DNA from: Balamuthia mandrillaris
Taxonomy: Eukaryota
Length of the DNA stretch: 64,000 bases
Direction: 5' to 3'
Assembly: GCA_031835245.2 (NCBI GenBank)
Contig: JAVKOQ020000007.1
Span: 62,001 to 126,000 of the forward strand
Positions 24,447 through 37,200 of this stretch are shown here, piece by piece. Each line of letters opens with the position of its first letter. Position 1 is the stretch's first letter. The notes under the pieces were generated by a model. The model was not told the DNA's origin. It did no database searches and worked only from the letters and a program-made list of their open reading frames with translations. The translations under genes were made by a program, and so were the position numbers.

Positions 24447-25631
24447 GAGCTCTAGATACAAATTTTCCGCGTGAATTTTAGCTGGTTGGGAATATGTTCC
24501 CAACCCTACGAACTTTTGGTGTACGTTGGAACCAGGTACATCCACCAAAAAGTCAAAGAGGAAAAAAGAAAGTAGAAGCATAAAGTGGTCCACGATGCCG
24601 AAAAAGCCTGGGGAACTGAAGCAAAAGGTGCTCCGAAGGGTGAAGAAAGAGACCTTGGCAGCGATAACCAAGTATGTTCTTTCAAAACAACCGAAGTTGT
24701 GGGGGTTGAAGAAGAAAGGGTAATTCATCTCCAACTCAATTGTTGTGGCCCTGTACAAGGACCTAACAGGCCAAGGCTATAACTCCCTCCATGATGAAGT
24801 CCGCCCATGGCTTGGAGTAAGTGCCAAGTCCTTGCAGCACAATACCAAGGTGCTTAGGCAGGTAATGGCCAAGTGGGGAAGACGCCAGATCAAGCGGGGC
24901 AGACAAGAGGCCTGGAAGAGCGCTGGTGTGCAAGTTCGACGCCCAAAATGGCTTGAAAAGGTGAACCTCACGATGGACTCCACGGATCTCAAAAAAGAGG
25001 GCAGGAGGACCATCTCCAAGAAGGATGATTGTTGGTCATTCAAAGAAAATCGTCCTGGTTGCAGGTACATGGTGGTCTTTGACCTTGAAAACAGGGTCCG
25101 TGGTCTCTGGGGAGGGTACTCCCCTAAGACCTATGATGCCCATTGGGTTCTGGCCCAAAAGGAACACTTTGATTGCAAGTGGAAAGGAGCAAACATTGTT
25201 GCGGATTGCCACTTCGACCTTCCCCGTGATATGTTTGAAAACGTTAAGATTATCACTCCTGTAGCCGCCAGGGCAGGCACCACCTTGTCTGAGGTTCAAC
25301 AAAAGAGAAACCAAGAGCTCCGCAGACTTAGAGTGGAATCCCCTTTTGGGTTGTGGAAATCAAAGTGGAAGGCTCTTTCAGAACCATGGCGAGAGAGTGA
25401 CCAGCAGCAATCCTATCTTGTAACCCTTGCTGCTGGAGTGCATAACTTTGAATTGTAACACCATTGGTTTCACTGTTTTTCATCATGTTGCAGCATAATA
25501 ACAAGATCATCATTTCCCCTCTCATAATTCTTGCAGAGTTTTTAGGGTTCCACCCGCACAAAATTCTGGTAGGGTTGGGAATATGGTTCCAGCCAGCTAA
25601 AATTCACGCGGAAAATTTGTATCTAGAGCTC
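24447..25631 (+). mobile_element. Compact IS5/PIF-Harbinger-superfamily DNA transposon (1185 bp)
   Basis: Perfect 39-bp TIRs (24447-24485 and 25593-25631, GAGCTCTAGATACAAATTTTCCGCGTGAATTTTAGCTGG) that extend imperfectly inward. 3-bp direct repeat ATG at 24444-24446 and 25632-25634. Internal DDE transposase. Confidence 0.93.
24595..25458 (+). pseudogene. DDE (DDE_Tnp_4/IS5-like) transposase interrupted by one in-frame TAA
   Basis: MPKKPG..KKKG, TAA at 24721-24723, then the same frame continues to 25458. Catalytic-type motifs LTMDSTD, IVADCHF and RVESPFGLWK..W..L, ending AAGVHNF. Confidence 0.85.
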
Positions 25632-25773
25632 ATGGGCCACTGTGTGCCGCGGTCTGTAGCTTCTGCCTTGTTCTGCTTCTTCCTCCGCTGCTGCACGAGA
25701 GAACGGTTGGCCAAACACACGAAACTTTTAAGTGGTGTTCCTTTTTTTTAGAAAAAAACTGAAATGTACATTT

Positions 25774-25819
<46 letters not shown>

Positions 25820-25822
25820 TAG

Positions 25823-28800
25823 TTAAAGAAAGTGCGAAGATTGTTGGTCATCGCCATCGAGCGTAATTCTTCTTCCTCTTCCCTCTCCCTCTTCTCTTCT
25901 GCTCCCGCCTCTTTTATAAAGTCTGTGCTCTCTCTTTGTAAGACGAAGCGCCATCTCCGAAGCCAAGTGATGATAGAACCTTCCCGCCAAAGCTGGTTTC
26001 CTTGTGAAGAGCACATGAAGAAAGTATCCTTCGATTACATAAAGTTGAACAGGATTCTCATCTGCAATGACCGATGCTGACGCAGTTCCTTGTTCCAAGA
26101 AACTTATCTCCCCAAACATCTCTCCCGCTCTCATCTTTCCCAACAACGCCACCTTTGATTCTTTGTCGTTGCTATCGTCTTTCTTTTTCTTCTTCTCACT
26201 TCCTTCCGGTTGTTGTTGTGTCTTTTGTCGTTCGATGCGACATGTGCCGCGTGCTATTTGGAAGATGCGTTGATAGGAATGACCCTCCTTCATGATGACT
26301 TGATCCTTATGATACGTCTCCAACCGCACCCCCATAAATCCTCCCAATAACAAGTCCCAATCTTCCTTTGTTAAAATGTTTCCTTCTTCTTTTTCTCCAT
26401 ATTCAGAGTCCATTCGTTTGAGTCCGAGTTGAGAAGAAGATTTACGTTGAATGGAAGAAGAGTTGTTGCTTTCGCTGAAAGGAGAAAGTCTGGACCAAAG
26501 CTCGTGAATGATGGAGTAAGCCTCTTTGGTAACGGAACTTGGAGGTCCAGGGCGGAAGCTTATGCTCTTTTTCTTGTTGGTGCTGATAATGATCTCGCGA
26601 GAGGTTGCTTCCACTGCTTTGATATCGCGGAAAGGTATAACTACCTGTTTTAAACTTAGAAACAAAGGCTAATAAAGAAAGCATAAGGAACAGGAAGGAA
26701 GTTACCGATTTTCTGTGCCCAAATACAGAAGAGAAGAAGCACAAATGTTGGGAAGAGATAAAAAGTTGACCGTGATAAACGATCACTCGCTTCATACAGC
26801 ACGGATACTCTATTTGCATTTGAGAGAAAGGGATGAGAGGGAGAAAGGGATAGAACAAAGAAAGAAAAACAAACCTTTGATGACTACCTCTTCTTGGTTT
26901 GTGAGACCAAACCGACGACGAAACTTTCTATCGTTCGTCTCTTTCTCATCTTCGTTCTCTCTCACCGCCCTCACTCTCCCAGACTCTGTTATCTCATCTC
27001 CCGTCTCTTCCGCAAAGGAAGAGGTAGAGGTAAGAGGAAGTTGACGCAGTCGGTTAGCCAAACGAAGGCACACACAGTAATAGACTCTCTTGCTGAGACC
27101 AGGTTCCGTCAAGAACAACTTCTTCATCCACTCGCACTCTATCACGTGTAGCTCCGAGTCCACATCTGCACGAACTGTTGCAGTTGCTCCAGCCAATCGT
27201 CGAATGACGGACATCTCTCCAAAGATTCTTTCAGGTCCCAACAACGTTAACAGCTTGCTAGTTTCTTCGTCGTCTGCTGTATTTTTGCTCGCTTTGATGG
27301 CCTTTTCCACACGTAAACGTCCCGATTTAACTCTGTATAAACTGTCGTTTTGGTCACCTTCTTTGAGTATGATTTCGCCTTTCTTAAAGGTGACGAGCTT
27401 TGCTCCTGTCAACAAAAGTTGCCAGTCTCTCGCCGTCATGCCCATTTCACCAATAGAAGAAAAGAGATCCGTTGCCGAAGAAGAGGGAGATGATGCAGAA
27501 AGGGTGGAAGGAGGGCTTGGAGGAGGGACATCAGCGACACCTATGGTTTCGTGGCTGTGTTTGTTGTTGGTGCTATGGTTATCGTCATCATTTGCTGAAA
27601 TGGACTGACTTCTCTTTGCTTTCTCCTCTTGATAGATACGATCCCACTGGTGGATGAGTTCGTAGTTGAAGCGATAAAAGTGGCGCTCTGTGTCCTCAAA
27701 GGCTTTCTTGCCCTGAAGAGAGAGAATGAGTTTGCCATTGAAAATGGCGTTGGCCAAATAGACTGCCTTTTGTCTGCTCTCTAGTTCCAAGTTGGTGTAC
27801 AACCAATCCACCGCTTCTTTTGCTGTTGGAAAAGCAATCTTAAAACGAAAGAAAAAAGGTGACGGAAAACAAAAAGGAAAAAGGAATGAAAGAAGGAAAG
27901 AAAAGAAAAAGTAAAGACAGAAAGAAGTAATACCGATGAACGAGTTGGAATATGTTTTGAGGCGTCGTTTGTGGTCTTGAACAGTGACACCGTAAAGATT
28001 GTGACTCATCTTCAAAACCACCAACAAAACCTGAAAATATTTTCTGTTATTACAAAAGAAACAACAAAAGCACGCGAGAGAGAGACAGAGAGACAGAGAG
28101 AACAAACCAAAAAGTCGATCATGAGGTCAGTAGGTTCGCTACCTGGAGCAGAACATTGAGGCGTTGGCACGAAGTCGGGCGTTGTCAGTTTCGCAAAACA
28201 GCAGCTCTTGAGCTTCGCTTTCAACGAGCCAATAAAATCTGGAAGAAATCCTATTTTTTTAAAGAAAACATAAGTTCGTTTGGAAGCAGGAAAAGGGAAA
28301 TGCAAGAACGGGAAAGGGGAAAGGAACAAAAGAAGGAACCATCGTCTGCGTCAAACACGGATTGAGCGTGAACAGTTGGCATGGAAGAAGCAGATGAAGA
28401 GCTATAACTATCGGTCCCAGAAGGAGTGCCGTTGGAGGACGCACTTTCCTGAACTTCAGCATCAAGCAGGGCATAAAAGTCTTTTCCTTTTTTCTTTCGT
28501 TAAAGAAAACAAACTGTCAGAAAGATGAAGCGAAGATAACAAGAAACAAAGAAGAAAAATGAAACGAAAAAGAAACCTGTTTTTGAACTACATTAGCGGC
28601 TTCCATTGCACTTTCCGCCAATTCTGTAAGTATAGCTTTTGCGTTTGTCAGGCCCGTTACAAACTCATGCTGTAAATATCACAAAACAATCAGTCAGTAT
28701 ATGTATTATTCTGATACGTCAAACGCTAAACAAAAAAAAAACTTACCTGCAAAAGCTGCGCAGCAGTCGCTCGCTTCGACGGCTCTCTCACCAAACACAG

Positions 28801-29833
28801 CGACAAGAAGTGATGAAACTCCTCAGACCACTTTCCCTTCTTGCCATCCCCGGCCTCCTTCAACCCCGGCGGTGGGTTATCATCCGAGGCAATCATGAAG
28901 AGTGCGCTCATGGGGACGTGTGTATAGTAAGGCGGCCTGCCCTCCGCCAGCTCGATGGCGGTCACTCCCAAGGACCACACGTCCACGCTGGAGTCGTAGG
29001 GCTGTTCCAGGATGAGCTCAGGAGCCATCCAGTAAGGGCTCCCTATGGCCGTCCTCTTCTTGTCCAGCGTTCTCTCCAGGCGAGTGCTCACGCCAAAGTC
29101 GGCCAGCTTGGCCTTCCCACGAGCGGTCAGCAGTACATTGGCCGCCTTGATGTCGCGGTGGATGGTCTTGGAGCGGTGCAGGAAGAGCAGGGCCTGAAGG
29201 GTTTGCTGGAGGACAGCCGCGATTTGGGGCTCGGTGAGAGGTTGCTGCAGGTTCTCCATCACGGAGTGCAGTGAGCCGGCTTCGCAGTACTCCATTGAGA
29301 TCTTTAGTTATATTATTTTTGTTGTTGTTCGGAGTGGAAAAGAAGATGATGAGATGGTGTGAGGAGACAAAAGAGAGAGTGAAGAAGAAAAAGAAGAAAA
29401 ACGAAAGAGAGGAGAAGAGTTGATGAAGAAAATGAGAAAGAGACAAAAAGAAAAGGAGTCTTCCAAACGAACCCAAATCTGAGAGTCCTTTTTGAAAGTG
29501 CCAAAGTAACGAGGGAGGTAAGGACAATCTTTGGCGCTCTTCAGGATCATTATTTCCCTCATCAGGTCTTCCAGCGCGGTTTCATCGGACTCTTCCAGAG
29601 AGATCAGTTTCAGCGCCACGGTGTCGCCTGTCTCCTGGTTGATGGCCTTGAAAACACTTCCATAGGCACTATAAAATAGAAACGGGCGTTAACAACAGTG
29701 CTCTCCATCGATTCTAAATCTGTTGTTGTTGCTTTACACCAACACACTGGAGAGACACCCACCCTCTTCCAACCTCAGCGACCACTTTGAATAGCAGCGT
29801 GGGGTCGATGGTATTGCTCCGCGAGGTCTTCAT
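25823..29833 (-). CDS. STE20-family kinase fused to DEP, cNMP-binding, GRAM and second cNMP-binding domains (multi-exon)
   Basis: Kinase: VGRGAYGSV, VALK, MEYCEAGS, HRDIKAAN, DFGVS, GSPYWMAPE. DEP: LKTYSNSFI-AKEAVDWL..FYRF. cNMP: FKKGEIILKEGD..FGEMS..ATATVRA and FGEISFL..ASASVIA. GRAM: FRRRFGL..EEVVI..YHGQLFISSQHLCFFS. Confidence 0.85.
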
Positions 29834-30157
29834 ACTGTTTGTGGCCAACAAACCAAGCTGAGCTATGCCACCCCTTTTTTCCTTCCCGCCCCCCTGATGC
29901 TTACTACGTTTCTCTTCCCTTGCTTCTGAGGAACCCCTTCTGTCGGTGTACCAGTTCACCCAAGCTGGCGCTCTTCCCCCCTTTCTTCTCTCCAATACGC
30001 CAACGACCAATGATCTTCTTTTTTGCTTTCTGTTTGAAAGGTTATTGGTGCAAATTCAAAATGCCGATCGGATAGATTTAGCCAATGGAAACGCCATCGG
30101 AGGATTTTTATTTCCCCTATCGGAGAAATTGGAAGGCGTGAAGAGCCGCTTCGTTTT

Positions 30158-30552
30158 TTACAGCTGGGAGAGGACGTGGTCAGGGGCGGTGATGGTGAGG
30201 CTGGTAGTTTTTTGCAAAGGGGAGAAGAAGAAGAAGAACAAGAACAAGAACAAGAAGAAGAGGGTTGTTAGCTGATGAAAGAAAGAAGGGAAAGCGTTGC
30301 TGGAAGATGAAAGAAGCGTACTCGTTGGGGGCATTCTCCACGTTCTCCTTGACGATCTTGCCGTTGTCCACAACGAGGGCGTAACGCTTGCAGCGCTTGC
30401 CGAGGCCGGCGGCGCTGAGGTCGAGCTCCTTCTCGACGAGCTTGGTGAAGGAGCCATCCCAGTCGGCCAACATCTTGACGGCCTCCCCGGCCTTCAGGCT
30501 CTCGCCCCATGCCTTCATCACGAAAGGATCGTTCACAGACCTGTAGAGACGA

Positions 30553-30590
<38 letters not shown>

Positions 30591-30959
30591 CGAGAGAAGA
30601 AGAGACGAGAGAATAGAGAGAAGACACAAGATGAGAAAGGAGAGACGAGAGTGAGCAGAGGAGTGAGAAAGAAGAAAGTGGCAAAAAAAGAATAACGTAC
30701 ACGCAAGCGATGGTGTCAATGCCCTTCGCCTTGAACTGAGGCGCTTTCTCCACATACAAAGGCACCTGCAAGCCATGCCAACGACAGTGTGAGAAGAAAA
30801 AAGAATCAAACATCGATGAAAAAAAGTGGGAAGCGTGGTACGTGTCTGGTAGTGCAAACAGGGGTGTAAGCACCAGGAAGGCCAAAGATAACAACCTGAG
30901 CGAAGCAAGAGGCTTTGAGCGTGAGCAGATTGCTTGAAGCACGAAGCGCAAAAAGTGTG

Positions 30960-30999
<40 letters not shown>

Positions 31000-31333
31000 C
31001 TTCTTGCCCTTGAAGAGATCTTGGAGGGAAATGTCCTTTCCAGAGTCATCCTTCAGGTTGGCCTTGCCTTCCAAAAGGTTTTGGCCCACGGCGTAGGAAC
31101 GAGCGTAGAACGAAGGGCGAGCTGGGGTTCGTCAGGGTGAACCGACATGCAAACCAAAATGATGTTTTTTTTTTTGTTGATGGAAAGGAAAAGAAAAAAG
31201 GTATGAGATGATCAATCCATCCATCAATCAATCTCTCTCTCTTCCATAAACTTGTGTGCTGTTTTCACTTACCAACGCCAGAAACAAGGGCGGAGGAGGA
31301 CCTCAAAGCAGCAGCGCGGGTGGTGGAGAGCAT
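30158..31333 (-). CDS. PRDX5: Peroxiredoxin type II (Prx5-like) with probable mitochondrial presequence (multi-exon)
   Basis: LFKGKKVVIFGLPGAYTPVC, KAKGIDTIAC-VSVNDPFVMKAW, GLGKRCKRYALVVDNG. N-terminus MLSTTRAAALRSSS. Confidence 0.93.
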
Positions 31334-31655
31334 GGTTGTTGCGTGTGTTGTCTTGTGTGTGCGCAGAAACGTGGTGAGCGTGCAAAAAGGGTCGACAACT
31401 ATGGTGGACACCACCACTAGCCCTAACCTTAGGGCAGCTTCAAACCCTAACCTATCAAAGCTTGGGGGCCTTTTTGCCGGTGAAAAAAAAAAAGCCATAA
31501 CAACAGAACGACGAGCGCGATGCTTTGGTTGGCCATCAAGCAGACTAGTTTACAGCTTTTTCCTTTGTTTCGTTATATAACAAGTTTTTCTTGTGTACTT
31601 AATATAACGAAAGAGTGGCAAAAAAAAAATAAATAAATTGGCACGTCTTGTTCAA

Positions 31656-31747
31656 TGGGCAATATGTTCGTGCGAAGAGCAATTCCTGCGGTCTGAATGG
31701 AAGTGATGTTGTGCATGGGTGGGGTGCGCCGGCAGGCACACCCTTCC
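31656..31747 (-). pseudogene. Isolated ~90-bp fragment of the receptor-array ectodomain
   Basis: Aligns by eye to 11311-11401 and ~7613-7700. Reads GRVCLPAHPT/(+1 frameshift)/MHNITSIQTAGIALRTNILP. Confidence 0.8.
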
Positions 31748-32049
31748 TTGGGCTCTTTTTACCCCTGGTGCTCTCCGCTTGCTTTTCTTTCGTATTTATT
31801 TGTGTAGATCTGAACAGGCAAACTCCGCCAGCCAATCTACGTGGCCGGAGTACCGAACTTTTCCTTTTAAAGATAGTTTGATCTCAGAAAATTCACTAAA
31901 AATGGAATGGTTTAATAAGAAAGTTAAATTTGTCAAATTAACAGTAAAATTTGTGCTCTGCTTTTTTCTTTTGTTTTGTTTGAAACAAAAAAAAAACAGA
32001 AAAGAAACTTTGGGAAAGGAAAAGGGGGAAAAAAAAACTACAAAAAAAA

Positions 32050-33240
32050 ATGGAGGCGGACGAACTGACCAAGAAGTATGAGGTGAAAGATGAGCTTGGC
32101 CGGTACGTTGGGGTTCTTTTTTTCGTTTTTCCTGGTTTTGCCAATCGTAAGGAGCCAAAAATATTTTTTTTGGGCTGGGTTTTACTTCGATGCGCTTCAT
32201 TCGCTGTTTTTTTTCAATTCTTTGTCTCCCCTCTACTTTTTTTTGTTTGCTCTTTTGTGGGTCTTTTTGCGAAAGAGTTTCACCCTTTTCATCTCGTGTT
32301 GTGGTTTTCTTTGCCTACAATTTTTTATGATTTTTGTCATCCTTTTCTTTGTGTGCGGTTTTTTTTTTTGTAAAAAATCAATCACCACCGAAACACACTC
32401 CCTTTCTAGTCTGCTACTTTTCCCCAAATGCAAAATTAATCATCGCGTCTGAAACTAACAACCCTATTTTTTTTTTCTCTTTCCCCACTTCTCTTTGCTT
32501 GCTGTGCTTCTTTTCGATCTTCCTTTCCTTCTTCTTTTCATAGTGGGGCCTTTTCGGTGGTCAAACTCGGCATCAATAAAAAGACAAAGGAGAAGGTGGC
32601 CATCAAAATCATCGACCGCAGGAACGTGGGCGCCGACTATGAGAAGAATCTCAAGATGGAAATGGAGATCCTGAAGAAGGTGCACCACCCCAACATCATC
32701 GCTCTCAACGAGATGGTGGAGGCCGGCGACAGGCTCTACTTTGTAATGGAACTTGTGACGGGGGGAGAGCTCTTCGATCGTATCGTCGAGAAGGGATCTT
32801 ACACAGAGGAGGACGCCAAGATCCTCGTCAAGAAGATCGTTAGCGCCATTGAGTATCTCCATGATAAGGGCATTGCTCACCGTGACCTCAAGGTATTTTC
32901 TGCCTCTCTTTTTTTGCCAAAAAAAAAAGAAGACAAAAGCATAGAGCAAAATGATCAGGGAGAGAGAGAGAAAGAAGAAAGAAAGCGAAACAAACGCAAG
33001 AAACAAAATATGGATGAAGGAACGAAACTAATTTCCCTTTTATTGTAGCCAGAGAACTTGTTGGTCAAGAGCATCGAAGACGACACAGAGGTAAAGATTG
33101 CTGACTTTGGACTTTCCAAGATCATTGATCAAGACAAGATGATGCAAACCGCCTGCGGTACCCCTGGTTACGTTGGTACGCTAGCTTCTAATGAGCTTCC
33201 TTTTTGTCCTTCATCTTTTCATGCTTATTAACTTTGATTC

Positions 33241-33273
<33 letters not shown>

Positions 33274-33921
33274 GTGGTATCCAGCCCCTGAAGTACTTAC
33301 CGCCGAGGGCTATGGTCACGAGGTTGACCTGTGGAGCATTGGCGTTATCACTTATATTTTGTTTGTTCCCTCTTCTCTCTTCCCTCTCTCTCTCTCTCTC
33401 TCTCTCTCTTAGCATTTTGCTCTATGCTTTTGTCTTTTTCTTACTATGGTCTTTCTCTCTCTGTCGTTAAATGTAGGCTTTGTGGGTTCCCTCCTTTCTA
33501 TTCGGAGAGCGTTCCCGAAGTTTTTGAACAGATCATGAAGGCAGAGTATGACTATCCTGAGGAGTACTGGGATGAAATCTCTGATGAAGGTTCTTATTTT
33601 TCTTCCCTCTCTTCTTTGTACTCTTTCGTCATAGCCTTTTCGGTTTTGTTTTTCCTCTCTTCTTTTTCTTTTTCTTCTTTTATTTTAAACTCATTTTTCT
33701 TCAAAAAATAAACAGCAAAGGACTTTATCAATAAGTTGTTGGTGGTGGATGTGGAGAAGAGGATGACGGCCAAGGACGCCTTGAACCACAAGTGGTTGAA
33801 GAAGTCCAAGAAGAAGGACAAGAAGCCCAGCAAGCTGGCCAAGTTCCAGGAGAAGATGAAGAACTATGTGGCTGTGAGGAAGCAACAATCCAGAGCCACC
33901 GCTTCTGACTTTAACTTGTAG
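32050..33921 (+). CDS. CaMK1/myosin light chain kinase-like Ser/Thr kinase (six exons)
   Basis: ELGRGAFSVV, VAIK, MELVTGGELFDRI, HRDLKPEN, DFGLSK, TACGTPGYVAPE, LCGFPPFY, basic C-terminal tail. Confidence 0.93.
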
Positions 33922-34019
33922 GTGTAATTGCGAATGCTCTCTTTTTTTTTGAAACAAAAAACATATTTGTCTTTGTGTTCTTTACTTTCTTTGTTTCCAT
34001 TCTCGTGTATTCTTTCGTG

Positions 34020-34071
<52 letters not shown>

Positions 34072-34240
34072 TCTCTCTCTGCTTCTCTCTCTTCTTGTAG
34101 TCCACGTCATTCCTATCTATATATAGTTCTGGATGACATATGCATATAGAAATTTCGTTGATTCCCGCCTTTTTACGTGGTAAACTTCGCCACACAAAAA
34201 AAAAAAAGGTGAGAGAAGAGGACCCCCCAAAGAAAAAAAC

Positions 34241-37200
34241 ATGGGCGACCACGCTAATAATAGCGACGGCTCTTCAAACAATGAAACATCTCCTTCTCTT
34301 TCTTCTTCTTCTTCTTCTTCTGCTGCTGCTGCTGCTTCTTCTTCTTCTTCCATTGCAACCAAGAAGCGGGTGGCCAAAAGGACAAAGCGTCAAAGGAAAA
34401 CAACAACTCCGTTAGCGCAACCACGAGAAAAGGAGGTCGGCAGCGCAAAGACAGAAGAAGAAACGATGCATAGCAAACCAACCGAAGAAAAAGAGAATTC
34501 TCAACAAGAACAAGGACAAGAAGCGAATGCCGCTTCCAAAATACTTCAACATCCACGAAGGCCGAAAGATGGGCCTAAAGGAGAAGCCAAGCTGAAAAAG
34601 TCTCACCACAGCAGGCACTTTGACAACGCCCACAAACCGAATTTTGGGGTCTCAAGAAAGATGAAAGGCTTGGATTATCTACCGCCAGGGAGCGGCGCAA
34701 GCACTCGTCGGCCCTCGTCGTCCCTCTCCTCTCCTTTGAAAGAAAAACGACAGCAACCGCAACACTTCTTCAGGGCTTTGAGGAACGAGAAAGAGGAGCA
34801 CGCCATTTGTAGGATGAGGAACTACCACCGTTGGGTTGAGGAATTGCATGCTAGTGTTGAGGTTGAATGCCCTGTCGTTGTTCTTGTTCTTGTTCTTGTT
34901 CTTGTTCTTGTTCTTGTTCTTCTTCTTGTTCTTGTTCTTGTTCTTGTTCTTGTTCTTGTTCTTCTTCTTGTTCTTCTTCTTCTTCTTGTTCTTCTTCTTG
35001 TTCTTGCGCTTCTCCTTCTTTGGCTTTATCTCTTCTTTGCGCTAACCGTTCTGTTTTATCTCCAACCAGAACGTTCTGTCCGCACTCAACCAAAGCTTAG
35101 CTTCTGATTTGTATCACTTTATCAATGAACAAGGTCCTCTCACCTCCGGTGCGTGTTTTCAACAACACCGCTTCGCTCGTCAACTGGAGGTCCCTACTGC
35201 ATTGCTCTTCATAGGTGTTCACGTCTCCGAACACGAAAAGCTATGGCGTCAATTATCCGACAGTTTAGAACATCCTCCTTCTCTTTCTTCTTCTTGTTAT
35301 TCTTCTTCTTCTTCTTCTTCTTCTTCTTCTTCTTCTGCTTCTTGTTCACATTTAGTGGCTCGACTAAGAGCGGAAACATGCCCGTCATTGAAAAAAGCCA
35401 TCAAGCAAATGGTGGCTCAGTTTCGTCAATTGAATGCGAACACCGTCCAAGCGTTTATGGTTTGTGAGTTCATGCCTTTTGGTTGTTTCATATTACTAAA
35501 CTGAACAACGAACAAAGGTTTCAATGAAAGGACTTCAGCAGTGGTATCAACGCGAGGAATGGAGAGAACACCTCGATCACAAAGGAGAAGAAGCATCCTC
35601 CAAGCAACAGCAACAAGATTCAACGGCGAAAGCATCTTCTCAACTTAATCCTTGTTTGGTGGTTATCATCGAAGACTTTGAATCTTTTGATGAAAACGTG
35701 TTGCATGATCTCATTGCTATCATCAGGTTTTTCCTTGTTCTGCTTGTTCTGCTTGTTCATTCAATTCTTGGTCTTTCTTGTTTTTCTTCTTCTCCTCCTC
35801 CGCTTCTGCTTCTTCTTCCTTTAACGATAGCAACAATATTCAAAAAGTCAATACCGTGAGACGTTGCCGATAGCATTAGTTTTGGGTTTGGCCACCGCGG
35901 ACGCGCTTTACAACTTGAACCATGCTGCTCTTCGCCGGCTTCGAGCCAAAAAGTTTGATCTTCTCTCTGCCAACAAATGCATAGAACAGATTGTCTATGA
36001 GGTTCTTATATTTATTCTTCTTTTGTTCTTTTTACGTGTATACCTTTATCTCTCTTTCTTGTTAACTTTGTTTGCAAAAAAAAAAAAAAAAAAAAAAAAA
36101 ACAGTTACTCATAAAACGAAAGTTGGGAGGAGTGGTCTTGGGTGGCAACGTGTTGTCCGCGCTATTTGACCACTTTCATCAATGGCGCAAGTCTATCACT
36201 TCGTTTACTACTAATCTTCGGGTTTGCTCCACCTTCCTTCTTTCTGTTTTGCTCCTTGCTTTTGTTTGTTTTCTGTTTTTCATATGTGCTCTCAATACTT
36301 TTGGCAGCATGCATTGATGGAACATTCCCGAACGAACCCGTTGTATTTTCTGTGCTTGGGAGAAGAAATGGAGAGCAGCAATGACAGCGGGGGAGCTTCG
36401 TTAGAAGCTAGATTTTCAAAATGTTTGGATCGAGTTCATTTGGATTACGTTCTTGGCCTTCCTTCCGTACAAAGGCAACCTCTTCTTTTCTTTATCTTTT
36501 TCAATGCTATATACTGCGCTAACAGTTACTTTCCCAACAGACTGAAAGTAAAGGAGACACTTTCTTCTGATGGTAGTATTATTTTTTTGTTCTCTCTCTC
36601 TCTCTCTCTCTCTCTCTAACTTTCTCTTACCCATTATCTTTGGAACTTGTTTAGATACTTCTACATTGATTCAACAAATGGTCGTTTGGTTGAAGCAACT
36701 GCAACGATACAACGACAACACGCCCACCCTCTTCGAATGCGCTCATTCCTTCCTCTCCTCTTTCACCTCCTCTTTAACGACCTCATCATCCTCTTCCATG
36801 TTGAACCAGCAACAACATACAGAAGGAGAAACTTGTTTCTCCTTCTTGCTTCGCGTTTATGAGTTATTGATGATGCAACCACAAAGTTTAGCAACAAGGA
36901 GGCAAGAAAACGTACAGATGCATTCTATACCATACTTCGTGCAAAGCGTAGAGTTTGGTTCTGCCACCAAACGTATAAAGTAAGCTTCTCTTTCGTCTTC
37001 TTTTTTTTCCGACTCTTCTCAAACTTATTCTCTGGGATAGGAGTTGTGCTTTGGAGCAACTCCTGACGTTTTTGCAAAAGTGGAAAAGCCTTTTAGCGGT
37101 TGGAAAGGAAGAAGGAAACGCAACTTCTATCCCAACATTTCGACCCTTTCCGATGTTACATCAAAGCAACAGTAAAAATGATGATGTTGAAGGCCAAGAG

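Noticed and set aside
24721..24723. Programmed stop readthrough or alternative genetic code
   Set aside because: TAA terminates many genes in this window. A nonsense mutation is simpler unless other copies share it.
23121..25631. Integrated giant-virus segment
   Set aside because: No viral hallmark genes. The flanks are ordinary spliced host genes.
24447..25631. Fanzor/TnpB or other cargo in the transposon
   Set aside because: Only a DDE transposase fits between the TIRs, and there is no RuvC-like ORF.
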